A DNA stretch of 64,000 nucleotides from Paenirhodobacter sp. GTDB taxonomy: Bacteria; Pseudomonadota; Alphaproteobacteria; Rhodobacterales; Rhodobacteraceae. Positions within the stretch are counted from its first letter, which is position 1; every line of letters begins with the position of its first letter. Made by a program: the position numbers and the translations under genes. The notes under the pieces were generated by a model. It did no database searches. It was not told the DNA's origin and saw nothing but the letters and a program-made list of their open reading frames with translations. Below, in pieces: positions 56,110 through 64,000 of this stretch. Location of the stretch: positions 9,536 through 73,535 of the forward strand of contig DASWPI010000080.1 of the NCBI GenBank assembly GCA_036398515.1, read 5' to 3'.

Positions 56110-56663
56110 TGGCGGGCGACAAGATCCTGCTGGATGCCTGTGTGCTGTATCCGACGGTGCTGCGCGAGATATTGATCGGCGTTGCGGCCGAGGGGCTGTA
56201 TGCGCCGCTGTGGTCGGCCCGCATTCTGGAGGAATGGGCGCGGGCGGCGGCACGGCGAGGTGGCGTGGCCGAAGAAACCTGGGCGCGGGGCGATATCGCC
56301 ACCTTGCGGGCCACCTTTCCGGGCGCCGAGGTGGCGCCGCGACCCGCGCTGGAGGCGCGGCTGTTTTTGCCGGACCCGAATGACGTGCATGTCCTGGCGG
56401 CGGCCATCGCCGGTGGGGCCGAGGCAGTTGTCACCTTCAACGCCAGTGATTTTCCGCGCGGCACCTTGCGGGCCGAGGGGCTGGAGCGCCGGGACCCGGA
56501 TGGTTTTCTGTGGGAATTGTGGTCGCAGCACCCCGAGCGGGTGGCGGCCGTGGTTGAAGCTGTGCGCGCAACCGCCGAACGGCTGTCCGGGCAGGCGCAG
56601 CCGATGCGCGGCCTGATGAAACGGGCGAAACTCCCCCGGTTGGGCAAGGCGCTGGCGCCTTGA
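56109..56663 (+). CDS. PIN domain-containing protein (putative ribonuclease)
   Basis: 184 aa. The ATG overlaps the methyltransferase stop (TGATG). PIN acidic residues are present: ILLDACVL (D), LREIL (E), DPNDVHVLAAA (D), TFNASDF (D). Confidence 0.75.
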   Translation: MAGDKILLDACVLYPTVLREILIGVAAEGLYAPLWSARILEEWARAAARRGGVAEETWARGDIATLRATFPGAEVAPRPALEARLFLPDPNDVHVLAAAIAGGAEAVVTFNASDFPRGTLRAEGLERRDPDGFLWELWSQHPERVAAVVEAVRATAERLSGQAQPMRGLMKRAKLPRLGKALAP

Positions 56664-56747
56664 GCGGCGCGAAAACCGGCGCAAAATGAGGCGTTTGGCC
56701 GCGCTCATTTGTCAGCGGAGGCGAAACAGCGTTGACCGCCCGGATGC

Positions 56748-56789
56748 GCGGGCTAGACTCTGGGCCAAGCGGGCTAGACTCTGGGCCAA
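56748..56789. repeat. perfect 21-bp tandem direct repeat upstream of zwf
   Basis: GCGGGCTAGACTCTGGGCCAA occurs twice, back to back. Confidence 0.95.
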
Positions 56790-56807
56790 TGCGTGATAGA
56801 AGAATTT

Positions 56808-56821
56808 TGTTAGCGCTAACG
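56808..56821. promoter_or_regulatory. candidate LacI-family operator in zwf leader
   Basis: TGTTAGCGCTAACG matches the edd-upstream palindrome at 13 of 14 positions. It ends 12 nt before the zwf ATG and just before the GGAG RBS. Confidence 0.45.
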
Positions 56822-56833
56822 ACGGAGCAGCCA

Positions 56834-58300
56834 ATGGTTTCGCGTGTCATTCCGGTGGACGTATTTGACTTGGTCATCATCGGGGCCACCGGCGACCTCG
56901 CCACCCGCAAAATCCTTCCCGGCCTGTATCGCAGGTTCTTTGACGGCCAGATGCCCGAGGGGGCGCGGATCATCGGCGCGGCGCGTGCGGATCTGGATAC
57001 CGAGGGCTTCCGTGATATGGCGCGCAAGGCCATCATGGAATATGTCGGCGCGGGCAAACGCGATGCCGCCAAGATCGACGCCTTCTTGCAGGCGCTGGCC
57101 TATGTCACGCTGGATGCGCAGGGCAGTGTCGGTTGGCAGGAGTTGCGCGACTTGATCCGGCCCGACGTGGTCAATGCGTTCTATTTCTCGGTGGCGCCGT
57201 CGTTGTTCGGCGACTTGACCGAGCGGCTGCACAGCTATGGCATCGCCACGCCCGAGACCCGGGTGGTGGTGGAAAAGCCGTTCGGGCGCGATCTGGTATC
57301 GGCCAAGGCGTTGAATGCGACGCTGGCGGCGCATTTCGACGAGCGGCAGATTTACCGTATCGATCACTATCTGGGCAAGGAGACCGTGCAGAACCTGATG
57401 GCGGTGCGCTTTGCCAATATCCTGTTCGAGCCGCTCTGGAACAGCCAGTATATCGACCATGTGCAGATCACCGTGGCCGAAACGGTGGGGGTCGGCGGGC
57501 GCGGATCCTATTACGACAAATCCGGTGCGATGCGGGATATGGTGCAAAACCACCTGATGCAGCTGTTGTGCCTGATCGCGATGGAGCCACCCTATCATTT
57601 TGACCCCGATGCGGTGCGCGATGAGAAGCTGAAGGTGATCCGCGCGCTGCAACCGGTGCCTGCGGCAGATATCGTGCGGGGCCAGTATCTGGGGATTGGC
57701 GGGCGCGAACCCAAAAGCGGCTATCTGGCTGATGCCGAGGATCCGAACAGCCGCACCGAGAGTTATATCGCGCTGAAGGTGCAGGTGGCGAACTGGCGCT
57801 GGCAGGGGACGCCGTTCTACTTGCGCACCGGCAAGCGGTTGCGTGCGCGGACCTCGGAAATCGCGATCACCTTCAAGCAGCCACCGCATTCGATTTTTGA
57901 TGATGCCGAGGCGAGCTGGCAGGAAAATGTGCTGGTTATCCGGTTGCAGCCGAATGAGGGGATGAACCTGAAGGTTATGATCAAGGAACCGGGGCCGGGC
58001 GGGATGCGTCTGGTGCAGGTTCCGTTGGACATGTCCTTTGCCGAGGCTTTGGGCGAAGAGGGCACCGATATTCCCGATGCTTATGAGCGGCTGATCATGG
58101 ATGTGATCCGGGGCAACCAGACGCTGTTCATGCGCGGCGATGAGGTCGAGGCCGCCTGGGCCTGGAGTGACCCGATCATCGCCGGGTGGGAGGCGCGGGG
58201 CGACCGTCCGCAGGGCTATGATTCGGGATCGTCGGGGCCCGATGATGCGTTGATGCTGATGCACCGTGACGGACGCCGTTGGCGGGGTATACACGGATGA
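56834..58300 (+). CDS. zwf: glucose-6-phosphate dehydrogenase
   Basis: 488 aa with IIGATGDLATRKI, RIDHYLGKE and EKPFG. Confidence 0.97.
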   Translation: MVSRVIPVDVFDLVIIGATGDLATRKILPGLYRRFFDGQMPEGARIIGAARADLDTEGFRDMARKAIMEYVGAGKRDAAKIDAFLQALAYVTLDAQGSVGWQELRDLIRPDVVNAFYFSVAPSLFGDLTERLHSYGIATPETRVVVEKPFGRDLVSAKALNATLAAHFDERQIYRIDHYLGKETVQNLMAVRFANILFEPLWNSQYIDHVQITVAETVGVGGRGSYYDKSGAMRDMVQNHLMQLLCLIAMEPPYHFDPDAVRDEKLKVIRALQPVPAADIVRGQYLGIGGREPKSGYLADAEDPNSRTESYIALKVQVANWRWQGTPFYLRTGKRLRARTSEIAITFKQPPHSIFDDAEASWQENVLVIRLQPNEGMNLKVMIKEPGPGGMRLVQVPLDMSFAEALGEEGTDIPDAYERLIMDVIRGNQTLFMRGDEVEAAWAWSDPIIAGWEARGDRPQGYDSGSSGPDDALMLMHRDGRRWRGIHG

Positions 58301-58968
58301 ACTTTGTCGAATATCCCGACCGTGAGATGCTGATGATGGCACTGGCCGATGCCATTGCCGCAGAGTTGCGGCAGGGGCTGACGCAGGGGGATCGCGTCAC
58401 CTTGTCGGTGCCGGGTGGCACGACGCCGGGGCCGGTGTTCGACATCCTGTCGGGGCTGGATCTGGAATGGGACCGGGTTTCGGTGCTGTTGAATGACGAA
58501 CGCTGGGTGGATGAGGCCAGCCCGCGGTCTAATACCCGCCTGCTCCGCGACAGGTTGTTGCGTAATCGGGCCGCAGCTGCGCGTCTGGTGCCGCTTTACG
58601 CGCCCGCCGCCGCGCCCGAGGACCGGATGGCGGAGCTGGCCGAGGGGGTGGAGGGCGCCTTGCCGATCACCGTGCTGTTGCTGGGGATGGGGGCGGATAT
58701 GCATACGGCGTCGCTGTTTCCGGGGGCGGATCGGTTGGCCGAGGCGCTTACCGATGATGCGCCGCCCTTGATGGCGCTGCGTGCCGATGCGGCGGGAGAG
58801 CCTCGGATCACCCTGACGGCGCGGGTTTTGCGCGATGCGATGCACTGTCATATTCTGATCACTGGCGCCGAAAAACGTGCCGCGCTAGAACGGGCGGAAA
58901 CCTTGCCGGAGCTTCAGGCCCCGGTGCGCACTGTGCTGAAGAACGCCACAATCCACTGGGCCCCCTGA
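58297..58968 (+). CDS. pgl: 6-phosphogluconolactonase
   Basis: 223 aa with [23 protein letters not shown] and ILITGAEKR. The start overlaps the zwf stop (ATGA). Confidence 0.9.
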   Translation: MNFVEYPDREMLMMALADAIAAELRQGLTQGDRVTLSVPGGTTPGPVFDILSGLDLEWDRVSVLLNDERWVDEASPRSNTRLLRDRLLRNRAAAARLVPLYAPAAAPEDRMAELAEGVEGALPITVLLLGMGADMHTASLFPGADRLAEALTDDAPPLMALRADAAGEPRITLTARVLRDAMHCHILITGAEKRAALERAETLPELQAPVRTVLKNATIHWAP

Positions 58969-60578
58969 TGAATCGCTTTGATACGCTGACCACCTATGCC
59001 GCTGGTGTAAAAGACCGCCGGATCATGGATCTGTTTGATGACGGGGATCGCGCCGCTGATTTCAGCGCCGGTTTCGGCGAGTTCCTGTTCGACTATTCGA
59101 AAACCTCGATTGATGCCGAGGCGCGGACGATGTTGCTGGATCTGGCCGAGGCCTGCGATGTCGCGGGCAAGCGCGAGGCGATGTTCACCGGCGCCAAGAT
59201 CAACGAGACTGAGGGCCGTGCCGTGTTGCATACGGCCTGGCGCAACCCCGATGCCCGTATCGAGGTGGACGGGGTCGACGTGATGCCGCCGCTGCGTCAG
59301 ACGCTGGCACGTATGCGCGCGTTTTCCGAACAGGTGCGTCGTGGCGCCTTTGTCGGGCAGGGCGGGCGGATCACCGATGTGGTGAATATCGGCATCGGTG
59401 GCTCGGATCTGGGGCCAGCGATGGCGGTGCTGGCGCTGTCACCCTATCATGATGGGCCGCGATGCCATTTTGTGTCAAATGTCGATGGTGCGCATATTCA
59501 TGATACGCTGGCGACGCTGAACCCCGAAACCACGCTGGTGATCGTGGCGTCGAAGACCTTCACGACGATCGAAACCATGACCAATGCCGAGACCGCGCGG
59601 CGCTGGATGGCCGCGCAGGTGGACGATCCGGCGGCTCAATTTGCGGCGATTTCAACGGCAACTGACCGGACGGCCGCATTCGGTATCCCGGACAGCCGGG
59701 TTTTCGGGTTTGAAGATTGGGTTGGGGGACGATACTCGGTCTGGTCGCCTATCGGACTGTCGCTGATGATTGCCATTGGGCCGCAGCGTTTCGCCGAATT
59801 CCATGCCGGTGGTGCGGCGATGGACCGGCATTTCCGGGAAGCGCCATTTGCGCAGAACCTGCCGGTATTGCTGGCGCTGGTCGGGATCTGGCACAATCAG
59901 GTTCTGGGCCATGCGACGCGGGCGGTTTTGCCCTACGATCAGCGTCTGTCGCGTTTGCCCGCCTATTTGCAGCAGCTTGAGATGGAATCGAATGGCAAGC
60001 GGGTGTCCATGGATGGCTCTGATCTGGCTTATCAGTCCGGGCCGGTGGTCTGGGGGGAGCCAGGCACCAATGGGCAGCACGCCTTCTATCAGCTGATCCA
60101 TCAGGGAACCCGTACGGTTCCGTGTGAATTTATCCTTGCCGCACAGGGGCATGAACCGGATTTGGCGCATCAACATCTGTTGCTGGCGGCAAATTGTCTG
60201 GCGCAGTCGGAGGCATTGTTGCGGGGGCGGTCGTTGGATGAAGCCCGCGCGATCATGCGTCGCAGGGGTCTTGATGGCGACGAGTTGGAGCGTCAGGCAA
60301 GGCACCGTGTGTTCCCGGGTAATCGCCCATCTACCACGTTGTTGTATGGAAAGCTGACGCCCTATGTCCTGGGGGCAATCATCGCACTGTATGAGCACCG
60401 GGTATTTGTTGAGGGCGTGATTCTGGGGATTAATAGTTTTGACCAATGGGGGGTAGAACTGGGCAAGGAATTGGCAGCTGCTCTGGCCCCGGTTTTGGAT
60501 GGGGATGCCGATGGTGCGGGAAAAGACGGCTCAACCCTCGCACTTGCCGCACGTATACGCGCCATGCGGCAAGGTTGA
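58968..60578 (+). CDS. pgi: glucose-6-phosphate isomerase
   Basis: 536 aa with [30 protein letters not shown] and [15 protein letters not shown]. Confidence 0.97.
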   Translation: MNRFDTLTTYAAGVKDRRIMDLFDDGDRAADFSAGFGEFLFDYSKTSIDAEARTMLLDLAEACDVAGKREAMFTGAKINETEGRAVLHTAWRNPDARIEVDGVDVMPPLRQTLARMRAFSEQVRRGAFVGQGGRITDVVNIGIGGSDLGPAMAVLALSPYHDGPRCHFVSNVDGAHIHDTLATLNPETTLVIVASKTFTTIETMTNAETARRWMAAQVDDPAAQFAAISTATDRTAAFGIPDSRVFGFEDWVGGRYSVWSPIGLSLMIAIGPQRFAEFHAGGAAMDRHFREAPFAQNLPVLLALVGIWHNQVLGHATRAVLPYDQRLSRLPAYLQQLEMESNGKRVSMDGSDLAYQSGPVVWGEPGTNGQHAFYQLIHQGTRTVPCEFILAAQGHEPDLAHQHLLLAANCLAQSEALLRGRSLDEARAIMRRRGLDGDELERQARHRVFPGNRPSTTLLYGKLTPYVLGAIIALYEHRVFVEGVILGINSFDQWGVELGKELAAALAPVLDGDADGAGKDGSTLALAARIRAMRQG

Positions 60579-60603
60579 TTGCATCCCAGAGGCTTGATCC
60601 CTT

Positions 60604-62802
60604 TTAATATGCGGTAAGCAGCCGGTTCAGTAATGCACGTTCATCCTGACTTTGACTGATCAAGCTGTTTGCCCGCGTGATCGGACCTGGTACTGGGGCG
60701 TCTGCTGCTTCAGGTGCAGGGGCGCTGGCCAAAGGTGCGATTGCAGCCCGTTCATCTTCGCTGCCATGTTCGCGCACGATTTCCCACGAAGCGCCGCGCC
60801 AAGCCTCACGTGCCGAGCCTTGATCGTCGCCCAGTGAGCGCAGAATGGCGGCCGCGTTCGCGTGTTCGCCAAGCGCCAGATATGCGTCCGCACGAAGTTG
60901 GGTGGCGACATTGCCATCCAGACCGGAAAGATGGGCCAATGCCGCCGCCCCATCCTTTTCCGCCAAAGCCGAACGCGCTAGCGCCAGCCGACCCGAGGCC
61001 GTTCCGCGTATTGCAGGAGTCAAAATATCATCGGCGGCAGCACTAAACCCCAGTTTTGACAGGCGGTCCGCCAATTTGATACGAAGGGTCGGTAACAGGT
61101 CCGCTTGTTGCAGTACGATTTTTTGTTTGAATATCTGCTTGGCAAAGATCATATCGTCGGGAACACGGCTGAGCTGTTCAACCAGTTCCCCGCGCGATCT
61201 GGTCCGCAATTCGGGCTGATCGGATTCAGGCCATTGCGCCAACGTGACGAAGGCCTCGTCAAATTCTCCAACTGATCCATGCGCCAAGATCAGTGCTCGG
61301 CGTAGCCGATAGCCCAGATCAGATGGCCCATTCTGATGGAGTTGTGCTGCAAGATCATCCGTTGTGCCCTTGTCTATGCTTTGGTCGCGCATCAGGCGGG
61401 CCTCGACAAATAATACAAGACTTTGCGCCGAATCCAGATCATTGCGGGGTGTTGTGACCGACAAGGATTTCTCTGCTGCCAGCGGTTGACCGGATGCCAA
61501 ATCCAGTTGTGCCTGGGCGAGAACAAGAGGGGTGGCCCCCGTCATATTGCTTCTGCGCAACGCATTTCGGATGGCTTCTGCCACGTCAGAGTGGCCTATT
61601 TTTAACAATTTTTCGACCAGTGCAGGGCCAAGAATATCGCGAATCTGAGATGGCAGAGCAGAGAAGCTGCTTTGAACCGCATTGACGTTGATTTGCCCGG
61701 GGTCACCCGGAATTGGGCCGCCCATGAACGCCCAAAGTGCAACTTTTCCGTTACACGCTGCCATTCGCGAAATAGGGGAATCTGAGGGCGTAGGCATGCC
61801 ATCAATGACGTCTGCTATGTAACCCAGCGGGCCTGCGGAAGCGGCATCAAAGTTGAATGCAGTTATGGTTGCTTTGGCTTCGACGCCAAAACCCAAGGCC
61901 AAATAGAGACGTATCAACCGTTCAACCGCGGCCGTATCCGGGCGATCAAATTCACCGATCAAACCATTTCGAGCTTGTACAAATTGCTTAATCTGGTCTG
62001 CATCGGAGATCCAAGTCTCTAGTGAGAAATTACGGTCACTTGGGCAGGATTGACCATTGGTAAGGACTTTCGCTTGGTCGTTGAGCATGTCCATGTCACG
62101 CTCAAACACTGTCTCGGATTGCAATGGAAGTAGATACGCAGGGGCGATATCTGAATCAGCTACAGATAGGGACGGGCCCGTTATTGTTTTCGCCAGCTTA
62201 CGCGCAGGGTCTACAGTAAAAATTCCCTGCGAGACAGCCCGACTAAGACTATCCAGCAATTGCCGTTCGGAAATACCAACGCGTGTATTGTTTTCTATCG
62301 CAGAGGTTTTGGATTGTGTCTGTGTGATTGTTGAGAGTTTCCCAGAGTTACTATTTGTTATGTTGTCTTGCCAAAGTAGATTGGAATATTTCTGTATATC
62401 TACACGTCCAGATGTTTGGTGATCTCTTGCCGGAGAGCTGACGGGGGTGTCAAGTATATCGATAACGACAGGACCGCTATCAAGCTGATATGCTTTGTTG
62501 TAAAATTTTTCCCCGATTTTAATGATTAATGTATTATTTTCATCATTTGCTAACATGGACACAACACGGTTTCGCGGAATTAGGCGAAACACATCTCGAA
62601 CATCATAGGTGAAATCGCTACGGTTCGTGTGTAGTATAATCTCATCCTCATCCTTACTGATTGTCCATGATGTTCCACGTGGATAGGGGATCACAATACG
62701 TGAAAATCCATCATGTTCACCAGATCGAACAAAAAGTTGTTCGGCCATGGTGGTACCTGCGCTAAATATCAGTATAAAAGAAAGCGAAAAAATTATCCGC
62801 AT
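60604..62802 (-). CDS. secreted hypothetical protein, N-terminal beta-rich module + C-terminal TPR-like helical repeats (motA-coupled)
   Basis: 732 aa. The ATG overlaps the motA stop (TGATG), with GGAGG 9 nt upstream. The signal-like N-terminus is MRIIFSLSFILIFSAGTTMA. The C-terminal half is Ala/Leu-rich, e.g. ADAYLALGEHANAAAILRSLG. Confidence 0.7.
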   Translation of the reverse strand: MRIIFSLSFILIFSAGTTMAEQLFVRSGEHDGFSRIVIPYPRGTSWTISKDEDEIILHTNRSDFTYDVRDVFRLIPRNRVVSMLANDENNTLIIKIGEKFYNKAYQLDSGPVVIDILDTPVSSPARDHQTSGRVDIQKYSNLLWQDNITNSNSGKLSTITQTQSKTSAIENNTRVGISERQLLDSLSRAVSQGIFTVDPARKLAKTITGPSLSVADSDIAPAYLLPLQSETVFERDMDMLNDQAKVLTNGQSCPSDRNFSLETWISDADQIKQFVQARNGLIGEFDRPDTAAVERLIRLYLALGFGVEAKATITAFNFDAASAGPLGYIADVIDGMPTPSDSPISRMAACNGKVALWAFMGGPIPGDPGQINVNAVQSSFSALPSQIRDILGPALVEKLLKIGHSDVAEAIRNALRRSNMTGATPLVLAQAQLDLASGQPLAAEKSLSVTTPRNDLDSAQSLVLFVEARLMRDQSIDKGTTDDLAAQLHQNGPSDLGYRLRRALILAHGSVGEFDEAFVTLAQWPESDQPELRTRSRGELVEQLSRVPDDMIFAKQIFKQKIVLQQADLLPTLRIKLADRLSKLGFSAAADDILTPAIRGTASGRLALARSALAEKDGAAALAHLSGLDGNVATQLRADAYLALGEHANAAAILRSLGDDQGSAREAWRGASWEIVREHGSEDERAAIAPLASAPAPEAADAPVPGPITRANSLISQSQDERALLNRLLTAY

Positions 62803-63671
62803 CACGCTGCCTCCGAACGAACCCCTTTAAGGGCTTCCTCCAGTTCTGAAAAGCTTGGCCGGATATGGTGGGGCATATTTTGTCGGCCTACCTCAATACA
62901 GATATTCGTCGGATTATTGTAGAGATTTGAAACAAGAACTTCCCTGACCAATTTATAGAAATGACTATCTTCATCTGCGGCAAAACGCATCCGCGATGAG
63001 AAAGGGGCGACAAATCCATAAGCTAGAAATACCCCGAGAAATGTACCCACCAGCGCACCACCAATCATTTTCCCTAGAATTTCAGGTGGTTGGTCAATTG
63101 CTCCCATTGTTTTAACAACGCCGAGTACCGCTGCGACGATCCCCAGGGCTGGAAGCGCATCTGCCACTGATTGCATGGCATGGCTAGGGTGCAAAGAATG
63201 CTGGTAACTTGCATCAATCTGCTTGTCGAGGACCTCTTCTACTTGGTGGGGGTCGTCATAATTCATTGATGCTGACCGGAATGTGTCGCAAATCATATCT
63301 ATTATATCATGATCTTTTAATATTTTTGGATATTTTCCAAAAATAGATGACGTTTCCGGATTTTCAATATGCTCTTCAATCGCAACAGGATTTTGACGAA
63401 CAAGTCGGATAATCTCGAATAGCAAACATAGCAGGTCGCGATAATCTGATGGTTTCCATTTCGGCCCTTTGAAGACCTTTTTCATGTCTTTGAGTGTTTG
63501 CTTAACCGTTGGCATGTCATTTGCTAAAATGAATGCACCGACGGCCGCACCACCAATCATCATCATCTCAAAAGGAAGTGAGTGCAGTATTATCCCAATA
63601 TTTCCTCCGGCCGCGATGTAGCCGCCGAATACCATCACGAAGATCAGGATTATGCCAATTATGCCGATCAT
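62802..63671 (-). CDS. motA: flagellar motor stator protein MotA
   Basis: 289 aa in the alphaproteobacterial MotA pattern: GGYIAAGG, IIGGAAVGAF, PALGIVAAVLGVVKTMG and ILGKMIGGALVGTFLG. Confidence 0.92.
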   Translation of the reverse strand: MIGIIGIILIFVMVFGGYIAAGGNIGIILHSLPFEMMMIGGAAVGAFILANDMPTVKQTLKDMKKVFKGPKWKPSDYRDLLCLLFEIIRLVRQNPVAIEEHIENPETSSIFGKYPKILKDHDIIDMICDTFRSASMNYDDPHQVEEVLDKQIDASYQHSLHPSHAMQSVADALPALGIVAAVLGVVKTMGAIDQPPEILGKMIGGALVGTFLGVFLAYGFVAPFSSRMRFAADEDSHFYKLVREVLVSNLYNNPTNICIEVGRQNMPHHIRPSFSELEEALKGVRSEAA

Positions 63672-63720
63672 TTTTTGATTCCAGTAATTGAGGTTGCCGA
63701 AAATCTACTTGGGTTATTTC

Positions 63721-64000
63721 TCAATTTAATGGAGCCCCGGCATTTCTACCGGCCACGATGGCGCTGATGGCATAGGCTGTTTCAGGATTGAGATTCGCGA
63801 AGATGGCAGCAGCAGCCTCGGGTCGCATGCGCCCGAGGAATCCAGATGCAAACTCTGGCGACATTGCAGCGAAGAGCGGAGCAGCGTCTTTCGGCTTCAT
63901 TGTCTCATAGACGATGACCAGTCTGGCTACGTCTTGCTCCGCAGCCTTGTCGGCGATTGTCACCGTCGCTGCCAGTTCTTTTTCGGCCGCGTGAAGCGCT
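63721..64000 (-). CDS. MotE-like / MgtE_N-domain flagellar protein, C-terminal part (open to window end)
   Basis: The frame stays open from 64000 (ALHAAEKELAATVTIADKAAEQDVARLVIVYETMKPKDAAPLFAAMSPEFASGFLGRMRPEAAAAIFANL). The KPKDAA...L..M pattern resembles MgtE_N/MotE-FlbB proteins. Confidence 0.55.
   Translation of the reverse strand, partial: ALHAAEKELAATVTIADKAAEQDVARLVIVYETMKPKDAAPLFAAMSPEFASGFLGRMRPEAAAAIFANLNPETAYAISAIVAGRNAGAPLN

Overview
This is a dense, high-GC chromosomal segment of an alphaproteobacterium; the gene order looks like Rhodobacterales/Paracoccaceae. Hand-counted 60-nt windows give about 55-67% G+C. Nearly all of 1-60.6 kb is conserved housekeeping. In order it carries:
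- parE (partial), ppk2, a MATE pump, an aspartate aminotransferase, sdhE, and epmA divergent from efp.
- irr-fabA-fabB-fabI, rpoH, coaBC-dut-moeB, and groES-groEL with a perfect CIRCE operator.
- A DEAD-box helicase and argS-SPOR-nagZ-scpA-scpB.
- A long-form dCTP deaminase with tRNA-Pro(GGG) upstream.
- The merR-like/ihfA/fabH/plsX/rpmF/yceD cluster, bamE, an OlsB-like N-acyltransferase and an ABC-F ATPase.
- ppk1-ppx, hda, an AI-2E permease, bpt, ybaK and glnE.
- The Entner-Doudoroff/oxidative pentose-phosphate genes edd-eda and zwf-pgl-pgi.

I saw no rRNA, CRISPR array, transposase or integrase.

Accessory or unusual parts:
1. At about 60.6 kb, right after pgi, G+C falls sharply (hand counts down to 25-37%). 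The low-GC block holds a MotE-like gene, motA, and a 732-aa secreted protein with a beta-rich N-terminus and a helical-repeat C-terminus, translationally coupled to motA. I consider this protein the best candidate for something undescribed: a periplasmic stator accessory or scaffold.
2. An RlmI-like RNA methyltransferase is translationally coupled to a stand-alone PIN nuclease, and the pair sits between the two sugar-catabolic operons.
3. A LacI-type palindrome, TGTTAGCGCTAACA, occurs upstream of both edd and zwf.
4. Three tandem orphan TRAP solute-binding-protein paralogs have no membrane subunits nearby.
5. A small-gene islet at 33.3-35.3 kb holds an unannotated 41-aa lipoprotein and an orphan Rho-independent terminator, possibly an sRNA.

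All calls come from reading the translated ORFs and the DNA by eye. No database search was run.
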